Shown here in pieces: positions 37,210 to 50,316 of a stretch of 64,000 nt of DNA. Below the pieces are notes generated by a model, which was not told where the DNA came from, did no database searches, and saw only the letters and a program-made list of their open reading frames with translations. Both the position numbers and the translations under genes were made by a program. The DNA lies in assembly GCA_002633005.1 (NCBI GenBank), contig NMRA01000255.1, positions 415,196 through 479,195 of the forward strand, read 5' to 3'. How positions within the stretch are numbered: position 1 is the first letter of the stretch; every line of letters starts with the position of its first letter. The stretch comes from Phoronis australis. Its lineage: Eukaryota > Animalia > Phoronida.

Positions 37210-40200
37210 CTAAAATAAGACATTTAAATGACAAGAAATGAGTGTATATATAATGCAATATTATTAAAGGTTTGTATAATTTTGGAAACCTATTTTGGAC
37301 TTTTAAAAGCATGTATGTAGTTTTGTGCACCAACCGAGATGAAACTTGGACAAAATACCAGGAGACCAATACAGAGCCACCTGTTCTCTCACAAGTGGAC
37401 TGTGGCGGTTTGGGCCAACATCTGTGTTCAAAGTGATCACAATATGCCCAATCTTTCTTCTCAGTTTTCGCATGTAGCACGTTGGGCCGTTGTGACAACC
37501 TGAGCCTCTTCTATTGCTCAGAGTTTCACATTGGATAAGTTGTACAAGGAATAGATGGCTGCTGGATTTTTTTCACATCAGCGAATTAATGTTAATTTAA
37601 TAGAATACTGACGGATTTTCTATTCCGTAGTCCTTTATAAACCAATATCTGCCATAGAGTGGACAGCAATGCTCCAACATTGACACTAACCGCATCTTCC
37701 TTGAATGCCTCGAAGAACTCCACAATATCGGCTGCAGTTCCTATGTAAACAAGTAAAAGCTGCGATAGCTGGTCGTAAGTGAGTTTCCCTTTTGGCAGGA
37801 GCCACCGTCCCAGAATCAATACAAGCAATAGGCCTTGTTCAATAACGAGAATCCACTGTTGGGACGAGAGGGAGATCGGAATGTAAATAGCCTGAAAGGA
37901 GAGAGGAAGTCAATTGCATTATGGGCGATTATTGGAGTCAAAGGGGCGGCAACGATCACAAAATCATTTCGTCAGGAGGGTTAAAGTATTCACAGTGTGA
38001 AGGCCTGTTACTTCTTATTTGTTAAAACAGGCTTGGAACCAATTTCATTATTTAAAACCATTGCTGTCGTCAATAGTGCATATACTTACATTAGAATAGG
38101 ACAACACCCAGACACTTCCAAATACAAACATTTACATAGCTTCAAGCACTTCCATCACAAGGGAATCTTTTTGTTTGAATTGAGCAACGTGTTTCATGTG
38201 TATAGCAAAAGAAGATCATTTCATAACACCAAATATTGCTTTTGTATAAAAATGAGTGAATTCCACAAACGGTCGACAACAGTGATGCAATACATATTAG
38301 TTCACCGCCTGGTTCAGAGAATGAAGCACTGAAGAGATTGCATGAACAGGATAATTTGAAAAAACCCACTAGATTATTCTCACCTTTCAATTTCATATCA
38401 AAAACTGTTAACATAACTTCAACGGCAAATTAAAACTACATACTCCGATTCCTTTGATATTAGCTCTCAGCTCTTTCGGTGCCGTTTCATTGTAATGATG
38501 AATTTCCGCAGTCGTGCCATTGTTGGCAAGGTGCTGAATACGAATTTTAAATTGATGAAGTTCGATGAACCATATAGATGGAACTACCCCACAGAGATAC
38601 AGGAAAACGCATGGGCAGAACCTGGAAATACAAAGAAGCGAAAGCATCAGCCAAGAATCGACAGGTCACTGAGGTAACCATTTTGGGTGCCTATCGTAAA
38701 TTGCTTCCCCAAGTCTCATAGCAACATCACAGCTTGCTATTTCTGGGTTTCGTTTTTTTCCAATGAAAGCGCATACAATGACCATTTCTCGAGAATTTGC
38801 ATTGATACGAACGTACTGATACCCATACATATGCATGTACATATACTGGATGAGTGTACTTAGGAAGCACGTTTTTCCTTATGCAAAATTGGTTAAATAC
38901 ACGACACTTGTCGTTGTTAGCAATGCCTCTAGGTCATTTGATTAACCAATTTTATGTTGAGTGTCAATCGTTGTTCCGAGGATACGAACGGAACGGAATA
39001 GAGATATGATAACAACGACAAGTGTCGTGAATTTAATCAATTTTACAACTACATATATGCTCTACCTATATTATGTATGTTTGTATGCATGCATGCATGT
39101 ATGAGTGTATGCTTGAATGTATGTACGTATGCATGTTTGTATGTTTGCATGTGTGTATGTATTGCATGCATGTATGTATGTATGTATGTATGTATGTATG
39201 TATGTATGTATGTATGTATGTATATGTATATGTATTTTCAAGAGCGAATAATGCATCGTGTAGGTTAGACTCCTTGAAATTGTGAAACATCACATTCCGT
39301 TGTGTACTTTGAAAACTTTATTAGAAATCGGCAATTCCCGACGTTGACCTACATTCATTTGATAGAACTGAGTGAAATCGAGACCTTATCGGTTTAAAAA
39401 ATATTGGTTACTTGCCGCATTGGCTTAGCCTAGCAAAGTGTTGCAACGGTGACCGTTGAGGTCCTGAGTTCATGTCCGTAGGAAGGTAAACATTATTGGG
39501 GAAGGGGGGCACAAACCAATTCGACGAAGCCAAATCTTTGCCCCCTATATTCCTAGCGCCATTATCTCCGCCCCCCCATTCTCCGGGTGTCGCCAGGTTT
39601 GAACAAACCCTCACGCCCGCCATAGGTGAGGGCAGACCAGCTGGAGGCAGCCATCAGCACTTGCCACGTTTCAACAAAGTTTCACGAAGAGCAGGAATGA
39701 GGCCCAAGGACCATCTCAGACGGATAGCTGGGAGCTAGGCCATCTCAAGTTCCCTAGCCCAGTGAGCTATAGCTGTGAGTTGAAGGTGTGAAAATACAAT
39801 AGCCGCTGGTCAACTCAGCTATGATTTATTTGAGATAGGCAGCTCAGCTCGTACTTATCCGTCTGCGCTAGCCTTAAGGTCAAGATTACTTTTATTTTCG
39901 TCCTGTTTCGGGAACATTAACTTTATTAGGGGTAAGCTTTAAAAGAATATTTGGAAAGAGTGAGGTTCCAAGGTCCTTGGTACACTGCATTTGGGGCTGT
40001 TTGAAAATCCTTTGCTAAAACGCGGGTACCACATCTTCTAGGGGCAGGGGACGAATGATACACAGGGTGTCCCAAGAATATACACCCGAAAAACTTTTTG
40101 ACTATATGTTAACTAGCTAATCACGAGTAACAATCATATATTGGTCGAAACATACTACGTAGAATCGAGACAGCCAATCACAACATTAGTCATCATCCAT

Positions 40201-43200
40201 TGTGTTTAGTGTGACTGAAGAGTCGTCAGATATTGTTGTTCGTTTTCCCAAAGTTGATGGTATGAGAAAAAACGATGAGGAGTCGCGCTTGTGGTGATTG
40301 TTACAATTTAGTATTCTGGCACGCTGTGAGTCTTTTCATTTTCCCGAGAGACATCAGGGAAGCGCAGACATGACAAACGTTTGTACTCTCGTGTTGGTGG
40401 ACGTAGCACACTGGCGCTGGACGAGTTCAGGCGTCACACTCAGGCATGTGGAGCTACGGAATTATTTCAATTAAAGTCGTTTTTCTTCTATTTTCTAGTT
40501 TTTGGGATTATTAAATTCACGGGTGAGGTGTAAGAAAATTTTGATGATGTTGACGATGTAGTCCCTTGTCAAAACACTGCAACTGGTGGTTTTAACAACT
40601 TTAAACTCTTTTTGATCTCCTGTTTGTGAATTTAAACAATTGATTTTGTCCCTAGGTCAATAAAAATGTATTTATTGTCATTTGCATTGTGACTGCATTT
40701 TTGGGAACCCTGTAGAGCTGTCCAAATTGCATCAACATTTTTGAGAGTTATTTCAGATACTGTACGTAAAAATTGTCTTGTATACTTTGCTATTTGGGGA
40801 TCTACTTAGCCTGCCACAAAATTCACTGAAGCACCATCAATTCTTAAAAAATTAGCTTCTAATTGTCAAATACCAAAATGGAAAAGTGCTGACCAACTTG
40901 TTGGCAAACTTTCATGGAAAACCATCGAAGAACAGGTAATGTACAAAGGTAAACGCAAAATGGAAATTGTTATTTGGAGGCACATCGGTAGTCAAGGTCG
41001 TTCAAAATTTGTGGCCAGACATTGGCTTATTTATACGGTAACATTTCCAAAAGATCCTGCAAACGATTAAATGAGATACAGCCGTGGACCCAAATAACAA
41101 AAAAATCAAAGTCAGCCACGATTTTTTCATCAGGAAACATTTGCCAATTTTCACAATAATCCTTTGAGCGGTTTGGCGGATAGAAAGGGGGACCCAAAAC
41201 GGACTCAGTAATTGTAAAAATGTCCACTAAGTGGCACAGAATTCGTGAAATCCGTCTGAAAATAGAAGGGTGTTGTCGTCCCCTTAATAGAAACGTGTTT
41301 GCCAAATTTGATTAAAATTCATCAAGAATCTCTGAAGATATAGAGGCAACACTTAAAAAATAAAATTTGGGGCACAGAGAAAGTTGGGTCGATCCAGTGT
41401 TTGCCGTCATCTATCGTCAGCTTCCTAGAGACAAATCTCATTATTGGTTTAGGAGATACAGCAGCAGCGGAGGTCTGACACCCGGCGCCCGGACGCTCAG
41501 ACACAGATGACGGCAATGTGCATCCATAAATGTGTGGGTGCATGAAAATGGATAAGAGAGAAAGTTCAGTCCACGATCGTGTGACCGTCCTTCCTTGACA
41601 TAAGAGGTCGTAGAATTTCAAATAAAACATGAAACTACACAAACAACCGATACCATTTTTGGGCTCTCTCTCTCCGTGTTCAATAAAACACAAAACAGTG
41701 TGGCCATATGGAAGCTATCAATGGGTTTCCTCCAAGGGGTGGGCTCTAAACACGAAAGGGTTTATAATTTCACAAAACAGGAGATGAGCTACAATTGATG
41801 CTATCTGTCAATTTTTGTAAAGTGACGTACAATTTCGAGAAAAACAAAAGGATAGAGCGACAGATGGCTCCATTATCCCATGCGGGAGAGTGTTCTCTGG
41901 AGAAGTATAGTTTTGCACGACCTAAAATTGTCTTCTTGTACTTGAAAATCCATTGAATTCGTGTGCTAAAAAATTTTCGACCATTTGTAACCCGTGTGTG
42001 AAGGATTAAAATTAAGTACACGTTTTCAAGTGCGTTTAAACAACCCATGCTGCAAAAAGGAGTACCCTAACAACCACGTCCTGATCAGGGCAATCAAAGG
42101 GCAAATCAAGCACTGCTACTTTCTCAGCAGCCCCTGGACCCACGGCTATGTCAGTTGCCACGGTTTAGTTGACCCCGACGCCTGGAAGTTATTGGGGAGA
42201 ACGTACCCCCCCACCCCCACTTCATAAAGCCTTGGGGTTTAAGTCAATTTAGAGGCTGATCTAGATTACACACTTGTTACCAATATTGTCACTTTAACAA
42301 TAATGTTGAGCTCATTTGATATTTGTTATCCTTGAGAATATCACTGAAATGCTAAGGGAGCTGGAAATCCAAGAAACTGATTGATGGCAAAGGAATTAAA
42401 GAGTGAACTTCATGACTTGGAGCTGCTGTAGTTATCTACTCCATTTAAGTAACGTTGAGTTGTTTATGAATGGACTGACAACCACTTTATTAATGACCGT
42501 TAATTGGTAGCTTCAACACCTGCTAGAAAACGAAGCTTTAATGAGAATACCATCTCATGACCGAAATACTTTGCCAAGACGTATTTTGAAGTAAAAGATT
42601 TGAGGCTGGAATTTGCCTAGTACAATGATCCAGAAGGTAACTGCGATTTCAATTAAAGTTCGTGTAAACCATTTATAAAACGTGAACGTTAACTTCGACA
42701 AAAATGTCTATTATTACATCGGTCCTCCCTATGCAGCGCAGTGGCTCAACCCACACACGTACGACTGTAGGCCGTGAACAGTGGGTCGTGGACCGCAGTG
42801 CCCGGTTGTATGACACAGTCCCAAATAGGGATTGAACCAAGTTCACTATTTCGTATTTTTTCGTTCTTTAGGCACAGATGCAGTATTTTTTCTATCATTT
42901 TACGTTGATAATGAGCTTTTCATTGACTCCCATATAACTAAAAACTGAGCCCTTAATTCAGTCAAAACAATTAGAAACTTAGTCCTTGAATTAAGGTCGT
43001 TGCATGAAAAGGTCCCTACATATTTTCACTAATATTGAGAATTCAACGTATAGTTCACTCTCAATTTTTATCAAAGCCAAAAATTGACTTAGTAACGAGA
43101 TTCAAACGGCATAAGACATGACAATCGGTGTTTTCACAGGCCTACAATTACCCAGTAGATTTAGCGAATTTAGTCGAGTCCCCATTTGGGGCTGTTTCAT

Positions 43201-46200
43201 ACAACCGAGCACAGGAGGTTATAAAACCACATATGTGACCACTTTCGGGAGCTGATTTTGTTTTCATGTTTTGGAGATCACAAACCATTGTTCTTTTATG
43301 AAAAAGAAAATTCCACATTAAACTTGCACATTTCCATGGAAATGTACTTTTAAATTAGAGGACAATTGCGCCAGTTAATGTGATAATACATTTACAGTTT
43401 CATCGACGTAAAACACTTGATTTTCCAAAATTCATTAAACTTCCTCCAGATGGTGAGAAATTTTCCTATTTTAATTCTTTTATACCTTCTTTAATGTAAA
43501 CGTTTTAACAACATGCATTACATCAATCCAACATTTGTGATAAGCGGTACAGTGTGAGCATTTTTAATTTGAACAAAAATGAAGTAAACCAAAAAAAAAA
43601 TTGAGGAGAAAATCCAGTTTTATATTCATTGCACGGGTTTATGCCGCTATAAGTAAGCATTATGATCTAATTAAGTCCCTTTAGGTGTGGACATTTGTCT
43701 TTTTCACTGTTCTTTTGACCTGTCAGACTAAGTATGGCAACGTCGCTTTCACAACAAGGGATACATGGTCAACGCAAAATTTCTAATGTCTCAGTCCAAG
43801 CGCTGCATTGAGTATATGTCACGTATACTATATGTTTGACACCAAACGAGGTCACATTGAACTCTTTAGAGGAAACTATTATTTTGTTTTTCTCTCATTA
43901 TTTCCTGATAGCGCATGTCTTTAATTGTCTCATTAGATAGATAGATCAAGCCGGAATTGCAAACTTCAATGTTGAATAAATCAAATTAGCATGGATATTC
44001 TCAACATAGTGACCTGGATTCGCTCAGTGGTGTACCTAGGATAATTGCCCCCCGCTGGGACAGAATATAACTTAGTCACCCCGCTCCCCACTAAATCAAC
44101 CCATTTCACCCAATGCTGAGCCAACTTGGCTGCCGCCCCGAGGAGCCCAAGCTATGCCAACGTTGCTGCCGCTCCCCACATTACTCCAGCTACGCCACTA
44201 GGTACAGTGGTTAGTTACTTATTCAAAACTGGGCTGTGGTTACCAAACATGATCCTAGAACATTGGACATAAAGGAGTCGTATTTTTGGCTCGGTAACCC
44301 TACTGGTATAGTTCTAAATTTCTTTGAAAAATATTTATGTTCATTTTTATACACTCAGTGCCACTTGGTAGATTACAATTTAACGTTCTCTATCAAAATG
44401 CAAAACTAGAACCGAGCAACCACTTGTCAGTTGATTTGTTTCATGTCAGTCAACGAAGGCCTACTACAGAAATGGAAACAGAAATTTAATCGTACGCAAT
44501 GATTCTCTAGACGTAAGTTTTCAAACAGTTATGGAACCAGTGGCTTTGTATAAACAGACAAAATCTGGTAACGTCTCATTCTTAGTAGCAGTGAAACAGA
44601 AGAAAGTCGATATGAGTCAAGTCATCCAGGGAACGTTTTAGGGATATTCCAGAGTCGTGACGGAGTACCTCGGTTAGCATCTTAAATCAACAGCTGATAT
44701 TTTGCCTATGAAGGCCTAAAGCTCTCTAAAAGTTGTGGCTGAGGGCAAACTATTCCTATCCACATCCAAGACCATGGGTCGGTGGGTAGGGATAATGACC
44801 GGTATAATTGACGATTTTGTTACCAAATAATTTGTAAGTTATCTGGAATCGTACCTCACGATCAAGTCTCGCTAGATGATGCCAGCATGGAGAAATGTGA
44901 AAAAAATGTAAAGGAAACAATGAAATTAGGTCTGATCTGGTAACTTCACGCTTCGGTTAAACTCAGTCGAGAGGACAACCGGAAATAAACTATGAAAACT
45001 CTCGCGGCCAGTCCCGCGGAATCTCTTGGCACAAGCTCTAAAGCACTAAAGAGTCACTCGCGGGAGTTGGCACATCAATTCGTTCTACGATATCAGGCAG
45101 TGAGCAATTCTCAGTGTTTGAATGAATGTTGGCCGAAAAGGTGAGATAAAGACAAATTAGACTGAAGACAAGAATATCGTGGCATTGTTTTTATTTGAGA
45201 TCAATCTCAGGACAGGTTTGACCCCACGACCTCAGTGGTCGCAGTCCGACGCTTTGCTGGTTGACCTAAAAGCCAATCTATCACGTGGTCCAGTATTTTT
45301 CAAAATGCTAAACTACTACACTTTAAGGCGTTTTTAACTTGCATGGTTACCGGCCTCGATTTCACTTAATTTCACTGAATGTGTGGAAACCAACGTCTTG
45401 GTCCTCAGTTTATGCAAATTTAATGAAAACCGGAAGGTCACAATTTATAATAGCCATCGATCATTCTTCTGTGATCTTCACCAAATTTCCCAGAAGATAG
45501 ATTTTGTGGGTCATGACAGACATGGAATGTTTTCTTCACTGCAGGTTTGCATGAAACACCTTCATTAATCTACCTATTTTTAGTTAATTTCATCTTAATT
45601 CAGTAATCAACCGTTTGCACTTTTTAACCCAAACATAAATAGAATATGGTACCCTCCACCCTGTAAAGTTTTGTTGAAAACAGACCCTTTTGTAGAGTTT
45701 CTGACACATTAAGTGAAGCCACTGGAGGGGGATTAAATTGATAACGGTAACCTTCATATTGCAAATGTAAACTCAGAATAGCACACATCTGAGCAGCACA
45801 TCCCGTGTACGCCATCCATTTTAGCTCTCCCGTAAAACAATTCGCTCTTCTCAACACGCAATGTTCAAAATATGGCAAATTGACTTAAAGCCCTTTAAAA
45901 CTGAATAGCATTCCCCTCCAAAGTAAGCTAATTTCCCACATTTGAAAGGAAGAGACCCCATCGAACACTGCCTTGCCCAAATTAGTAATTTGGTCTGTTC
46001 ACCACCTGGGGGTCATTTTTAGAAGTCACGCGAAAATTCGCCTTTTTCTTTTCATAAACCATGTGTCTCGTGAGTGACAAGGGTGACAATGGACAGTCAC
46101 ATCTATTTATACGTAGGTATTTACTCACCATTTCCATTCCTTGCGCCTCTTACCACACAATGTGATGAATGATTCAAAGAATAGAATGCCCATGGAGATC

Positions 46201-46319
46201 ATGAGGTACCAGTAATAGTCAATGTTGGTCACTAGATACAGACGCCATATTGCCACCGTGGCATGAACCAAGAACATTAGCCGAACGAAAATGGCGCGAA
46301 GAATCACAAATAATCCCAT
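36622..46319 (-). CDS. TMEM26: Transmembrane protein 26 homolog, 4 coding exons (46319-46129, 38621-38444, 37891-37691, 37209-36622), ~385 aa
   Basis: The spliced ORF is open with canonical sites. Motifs recalled from TMEM26: RLMFLVH..W, W-F-x-P-x-x-FLYL..VPSIW..ELH, GRWLLP, DQLSQLLL..GTAADI-x-EF, IWSWSLLQF, QDAPFL..RL, FF-x-AKN..YRL. Confidence 0.93.
37691..37891 (-). CDS. TMEM26: TMEM26 coding exon 3
   Basis: AIYIPISLSSQQWILVIEQGLLLVLILGRWLLP..GTAADIVEFFEAFKEDA; acceptor ctttcag, donor GTTAGT. Confidence 0.92.
38444..38621 (-). CDS. TMEM26: TMEM26 coding exon 2
   Basis: FCPCVFLYLCGVVPSIWFIELH..IKGIG; acceptor tttccag, donor GTATGT. Confidence 0.88.
39072..39235. repeat. (TATG)n microsatellite in a TMEM26 intron
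   Basis: Direct reading. Confidence 0.95.
40063..40712. mobile_element. Tc1/mariner-like MITE (CAGGGTGTCCCAA...TTGGGAACCCTG-TA)
   Basis: TIR pair visible. Internal similarity to ~775-1110; degenerate relatives at ~21728-22100 and ~51783-52263. Confidence 0.6.
42800..43210. mobile_element. Same MITE family (orthologous copy at ~17917-18292)
   Basis: cccggttgtatgacacagtcccaaataggga ... ccccatttggggctgtttcatacaaccgagc. Confidence 0.75.
46129..46319 (-). CDS. TMEM26: TMEM26 first coding exon
   Basis: MGLFVILRAIFVRLMFLVH..RKEWK-W, donor GTGAGT. An acceptor-like ttccttacag ending at 46338 suggests an upstream untranslated exon. Confidence 0.88.
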
Positions 46320-49000
46320 AGGATTAGCGCCTTCTTTCTGTAAGGAAAGAAACATGGATTAACAAGAAGGAATTACTTCTTTCCACTGTGCGCAATATAG
46401 CATTTTCCTGACACAACAGAGAAACTGGCATTACGCGTTGTTTTGATGAATAGACAAGGGCACTTTCCATACTTAACGACGCATGATCTGAAAGCCGCGA
46501 CTTTCTTGTTGGTAACTGGAAAAGTGTCATAAGTTTGAATATTCTGCCTAATTCTTGAACTCTTTAGATACGCCTGTTACTCCGAATCAGGGTGACGTGC
46601 ATGGCATAACAGCAGTTGACGCATAATTACCGACATAAACGAGAAGCTCGTTCAGTATGGCTAGTATCTTACAAGCTTCACTAGACCATGAACGATCATG
46701 GTACAGCGTAAGAATTCGTTATTATTTGGCATGCACTAAAACGCTACACGAAGTGTTGGACGTAAATGTTAAGCAAGTACACACAATGCCCCCGATTTCC
46801 GTTACCTAAATCCGTTTGTTTTCACTATTGTTAATGTAAACGTTCAACGAATGACCATAGCTGCGTTCCGTAGACCGAAGACATTCGCGAAGCACTGACA
46901 GCAAGGGATCTTTGGTATGGAACGGAAACAGTTAATTTCCTGCCATAATTTGATATTCGAAATCTCACCGACCAATCATTTCAGTGGTCGCCCCTTTGAT
47001 AGGTAACAAACTCCCGAGCAATTATAGTTGGAAAAAAGAAACAACAACAACAAAAATCTTGAGTACACAAGCGAAAGGCTTGCCATTCACTCACGTGATT
47101 TCGCGTGGTCTTGAGAAATCTTGCTTTTAGGCTAATACTACACACTGTATGTTCAAACTCTTAGGGTGGCGTTTCAGACTGCCAATCTGAACAAATCTCA
47201 GGTAATGACCCTCGGACTTAGCGGTAAAGAAGATTTAAAACTTAAAAATATGTAAACAAGTCTGTTAAAATTCAAAAGTTTCAGACATAATCGAAGCAGT
47301 AAAAGCAATAAAGGAGCCAAATGTGAGAAAGGTACTGTGACCGCTTTGTGCTACTTTGGCGGAAGCTTTTGCTTCTCAGTGATCTGTTCACAAGAGTGCA
47401 GAAATCTGCAATTACGTCACCGGTTATTTACGAGGGTGTACGTCTCCCGCCTAAAGTTGTCCTCGTCGATACCATTGAACTACTACGTACATGTACCTCT
47501 GACGATGCTGTGCGCTCTCCAAGTAGGTCTTCCCTTTGAGACGATGAAAAATTAATTATTTTGCTAGAGGTCTGAGCTAGTTTGTACGGAATTGTAGGTC
47601 ATATTGGTGGTTTCAAATTCAAGAAGTACGATCGACGACAAGCGATTATTCACCTCGATGTTGTACACTGTGGGGACGCGTGAAAACGTTGCGTTGGCAG
47701 CTATTTTCGACGATTTTATCAACTGCCACGTCTATTTTCAGACTCCGATGATATGTGCAACACGCAGTGTCCGATATTTCAAAAACATGGTGAACGTACA
47801 ATGTTCAGAATCAAGAAAATTTCGGCTTGAATTTCGTTATCCCAAATTTTAGGGATTAAACAAACTAAAGAATTGTACCGTATGCCAGCCGCTATTCAGA
47901 TTGGTTGAACAACGTGGAGTAACTCGGATGTAAGGTGCTGCCATTATTGAAAATTTTAGGGCGTGATGGCGTATTTCGGCATTTGGAAGCAATAAAATAA
48001 CACGAAAACGCTAAAAATGTCGATTTAAGCAATTTGAAATCCTTTGATAAATACTCCTCTCACAATTTTACTGATGTTGAACAACTCAGTTGCCATACGC
48101 CAATTAACATTCTCCACTAACACGCTGAAGACGCAGTATGTACTATTCGTATAAATGAACACTAAGGCACTGATATAGGTAGAAGTATTCAACAGAGGTG
48201 CCAAACGCGAAATTAAGTGTCCGCCGGGGAAGACTTTTGACAATGAACTGGGGAAAAGACACTTGTGACACTGTAACTAAGCCAGAGCTAATTTCCTGTT
48301 TCAAATATAATTTGGCAAACGTGTTTTACTGACATCGTGTTCCAGTGCGTGTTTGAAGGAAAGCTCGCTGCGCAAATACTTCCGACCGTATGAACACGTG
48401 TTTTTGGTGTTTTAAAAAGCTTTAAAAAACAGGCAAATAGCATCGTTGCAGTTTTCGCAATCGAAGATTCTTTTATGGATATGTGCTAAACCCCATTTGT
48501 AGTTAACTTAAACGCCTCAGTAGAGGGCAAAATCCCCGTCTAGATTTGATCATTATCGTGTCCTTTTTACAGCGTATCTCCACAGATTTAATCTATCGTA
48601 TCTCTTCTGTTTAACTTGGGTGAAATTAGTGCGACAAACCAGCATTTTCAAAAGATTAATAATGGACAATGACTCGTACAAATATTGAAATTTGACGCTG
48701 CTGTGAGAGATAAGGGAACATCCCTCATTTTCCGACTGATAATAATCAAACGGCAAGCTGAAGTTTGCCGGTGTTGTGTAAGCTTTATGCGGTCCCGTAA
48801 GTCTATCTAGCCAAATGAACGTTACAGCCGCAGTTTGTGCAAAGTCCCAGTTTACACTTGTGCGTTGCACTCTGTCGCTTCAGATGCACAATGGTATAAC
48901 TATTTTGATAGAAGTCGTTGCATTACCAATGGCAAGCATGAACACCCGAAACAAAATTAAATTTCCCCACATTGCCAATTCATACACTATCAATTACCCG

Positions 49001-49895
49001 CATAGGCTGCCGAAAAAAAATAAAACAACAAGAGCGTAGGGAAATGTTGAGTTTATTAATTAACCCCCTTAATTAAAATTATACGGATGAAACAAGATTT
49101 AAATGTGTGCAGTTTTAGTGTTGACCCAATTTCAAGTGTCAAATTCGGAACACTGCGCATTCGTAACAGAACTATGGCTAAGTATACTATTAGGCTCTCC
49201 CGCGATATCCCAGGCGACCGGCAGAGGCGCTGCGCACTACGATTCCGTTTCCGTCGTCTGCTCCACTGTGTTCCTTTTATAAAGAAAATGGAACCTGAGT
49301 GACGATGAAAAAACAGAAGCTGCTGATAAGATGTGAATTTTAATCGAAGCCTTAGTGAATCACTCAGAAACTCATAATTCTTTCCTTGTCAAACCTTAAC
49401 TTAAGACGATTTCCAAAGCAACCTCGTCATTATTGCCAAAACGAAAAACGGATTTGGTCTGTTGGGCAGTTGAATACTGAAAAAAATTTTTACGAACCGA
49501 TTGCACAAAATACAAAACATGTAATAAGCATTACAAAAAGAAGTAGGTTTCGCGCGCAAACGCTGTAGACCATAAACAATAGGTCTCTTAGTACAAGATT
49601 AGTAGTTAAGTCGTGGTGGTGTGGTGGTAAAGCACGCGCGCTCTATTCGCTAGGTCGTGAGTTCGAATCTGTGGTACTTGCAGTTTGACGTGTTCTCCGT
49701 GTTTTTTTTTTTTGCCTTTTTTTCTTGGATAATACTTCAGGAATCATGGAAAATGCTTGATTTTTAGAGGAAAAAAACAGAAAAATTTCCTCCCCCCATT
49801 CGGTGCTATGCGCATCTACAATCGTGAGTGGGCGCAAATGCTTACAGCCGGACAAGATGTTGGGCTCCTCTTGTGATATCCTAGATCCGCCACTG
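49001..49895 (-). mobile_element. Inverted copy of the same transposon family, specific to unit B, 5-bp TSD ACCCG
   Basis: acccg|cataggc...gatccgccactg|acccg; the empty site ttacccgtacttg is at ~20469 in unit A. Internal reverse-complement matches to 4600-4950. Confidence 0.88.
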
Positions 49896-50178
49896 ACCCG
49901 TACTTGTATTGCGCAGGTATGGGCTAAAAAGTGACTATCACCCTGATCTTTTCAAGCATATACGGTTGTACGATTTACCGAAATGGGATCACTGGCCGTA
50001 GGTTTAGTTAGCTGGCGTCACAAAATTCACTTGTTCTATGTGTCTTATTACAACAATTAACCAAAAATAATCTATTGTCGTTATTGCGATAACTGCATCG
50101 GGAAAATGCTACTTTAAAATATCATAGATATCGAGGTCGAGAGGCCGGTATCCGATGTCCCTTCTAGAACAAAAGTTA

Positions 50179-50316
50179 CATGGGCGGCGAAGCACTGAAA
50201 AAAGTGGGGGGCTAAAGCCCCCTCAGTCCCCGTGTAATGCACCGCCAATAGACCATGTGCGGAGTAGCACTGAAAAAAGTGGGGAGGGCTATAGCCCCCA
50301 TGGTGTGCCGCCCATG
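50179..50316. mobile_element. Short MITE-like element (catgggcggc / gccgcccatg) made of two subunits
   Basis: 10-bp perfect TIR; internal direct repeat agcactgaaaaaagtgggg. Confidence 0.6.

Noticed and set aside
39066-39293. YIHT/MYVC-rich ORFs
   Set aside because: Translations of the (TATG)n microsatellite.
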